Origin: Mobula birostris
Taxonomy: Eukaryota
Direction: 5' to 3'
NCBI RefSeq assembly: GCF_030028105.1
Contig: NC_092397.1
Span: 20,532,630 to 20,596,629 of the forward strand
DNA: 64,000 nucleotides
The translations under genes were made by a program, and so were the position numbers. Below the pieces are notes generated by a model. The model was not told the origin of the DNA. It ran no database searches and saw only the letters and a program-made list of their open reading frames with translations. Positions 62,046 to 64,000 of the stretch are shown piece after piece. Each line of letters opens with the position of its first letter. The first letter of the stretch is position 1.

Positions 62046-63637
62046 GATCCCTGTCTCAGAGGCCAATGTTAAGCTGCCTTTAAAGAGAGTGAACTCTCGC
62101 AAGGTGGAATGTCCCGATGGCGTACCTTCTAAGACACTGAAAACCTATACCAACTAACTGGCGGGGGTATTCAAGGGCATTTTCAACCTCTCACTGCTAC
62201 GGGCAGATGCTTCCACTCGTTTCAGAAAAGCAACAATTATACGAGTGCCTAAGAAGAATAATGTGAGCTGCCTTAATGACTATGGTCTGGTAGCACTTAC
62301 ATCTACAGTGATGAAATCCTTTGAGAGGTTGGTGATGACACGACTGAACTCCTGACTCAGCAAGATCCTGGACCCATTGCAATTTGCCTATCGCCACAAG
62401 TGTTCAACAGCAGATGCAATCTCAGTGGCTTGTCACACAGCTTAACACCACCTGGACAGCACAAACACCGATGACAAGACTATTGCTCAGCATTTAATGC
62501 CATCATTCCCATAATCCTGATTGAGAAGTTGCAGAACCTGGGCCTCTGTCCCTCCCTCTGCAATTGAATACTCAGCTTCCTAACCGGAAGGCCACAATCT
62601 GTGCGGATTGGTGATAACCTCTTCTCTTTGCTGGCAATCAACACTGGTACACCTCAGGGGTGTGTGCTTAGACCACTGCTCTACTCTCTCCATACCCTTG
62701 ACTGCGTGGCTAGCAACAGCTCAAATATCATCTATAAATTTGCTAATGATATAACCATTGTTGGTAGAATCTCAGGTGGTGATGAGAGGTCCTACAGGCA
62801 TGAGATATGCCAACTAATGGAGGGGTGCCACAGCAACAACCTGGCACTGAATGTCAGTAAGACGAAAGAGCTGATTGTGCACTTCCAGAAGGGTACGACG
62901 AACGAGCACATACCAATCCTCATGGAGGGATCAGAAGAGGAGAGATGAAGCAGTTTCAAGTTCACGGGTGTCAAGATTTCTGAGGATCTAACCTGGTCAA
63001 AACATATCAATGCCTTTATAAAGAAGGCCAGACAGCAGCTATACAGCATTTTGAATTTAAAAAGATTTTGTAAGTCAACAAATACACTCAAAAACGTCTA
63101 TAGATGTACCGTGGAGAGTATTCTGACAGGCTGCACCACTGTCTGGTAAGGGGAGGGGTGGTGGTGGTGGAGGACGGAAAGAAGTTGCAGAGGGTCATAA
63201 ATTGAGTCGGCTCCATCTTGGGTACTTGCCTACAATTTACCCAAGAGATCTTCAAGGAGCACTGTCTCAGAAAGGCAGCATCCAATATTGAGAACCTCCA
63301 GAGCCCAGGGCATTCCCTTTTCTCACTATTCCCATCAGGTAGGAGGTACAAAGGCCTGAAGGCGCACATTCAGCGTTTCAGGAAAAGCTTCCAGTCTGCT
63401 ATCCGATTCCTAAATGGACTTTGAACCCTTGGACACTCCCTAACTTTTTAATATATATTATTTCTGTGTTTTTGCATGATGTTAATCTAATCAATTTTCC
63501 TATACTGTAATTGATTTACTTCTTTATTTATTATTATTTATTATATTATATATTTAATTTAGTTTTTTTCTTCTTCTGTGTTATGTATTGCATTGAACTG
63601 CTGCTTCTAAGTTAACTAACTTGATTCTTATTCTGAT
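62046..63637 (+). mobile_element. Rex/Babar LINE (RT to 3' tail), decayed
   Basis: [65 protein letters not shown]. Confidence 0.88.
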
Positions 63638-63639
63638 AA

Positions 63640-64000
63640 TAAGGATAATGACACAATTGTATTGGAGACTTCAATATGTAAGGGGATTGGAAAGGTCAGG
63701 TTGGTGTTGATTCACAGGAGAGGGAATTTGTTGAATGCCGATGAGATGGCTTTTTAGAGCAGCTTCTGCTTGAGCCTGCTCAGTGAAAACCTATCTTTAG
63801 ACTGCGTGTTGAGTAATAGCCCCGATCTCATTAGGGAGCTTAATGTGAAGGAACCCTTAGGAGGCAGTTATCATAATATGATTGAATTCATACTGCAATT
63901 TGAGAGGGTGAAGCATTACTCACATATATCATATCCCAATGGAATAAAGTGATTTACAGAGGCATGAGAGAGGACCTTGCCCGGGTGGATTGGAGCCCAG
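63640..64000 (+). mobile_element. CR1 endonuclease fragment
   Basis: IGDFN, FLEQ, LDCVLSN, EPLGGSYHNMIEF. Confidence 0.75.

Overview
Vertebrate nuclear DNA, most likely from a cartilaginous fish (ray or shark). This is inferred from the repeat spectrum: dominant CR1 LINEs, HE1-like V-SINEs, Penelope elements, Rex/Babar, L1, Tc1 and hAT. Most of the window is nested, decayed transposable elements. Host genes: (i) three intact, co-oriented replication-dependent histone genes (H4 4662-4973, H2B 7110-7484, H2A 8412-8795), each with a 3' stem-loop, plus an orphan duplicated H4 promoter and a 5'-truncated H3 pseudogene; (ii) two PH-domain exons of a phospholipase C delta-1-like gene (41698-41862, 43740-43957) with a frameshift and a U12-like donor, preceded by an unexplained ~0.9 kb exon-like ORF encoding a signal-anchor helix; (iii) a three-exon, phase-consistent 52-aa membrane or secreted microprotein ORF on the minus strand (57193->50476), missed by the ORF track; (iv) an orphan CpG-island promoter rich in perfect TF motifs (21850-22525). 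Penelope-derived repeats carry minimal hammerhead-ribozyme motifs, including a 215-bp fold-back element with a long TSD. There is an assembly gap at 42759-43219. No CRISPR, rRNA or bona fide tRNA gene is present. TE boundaries are approximate unless a TSD or TIR is quoted.
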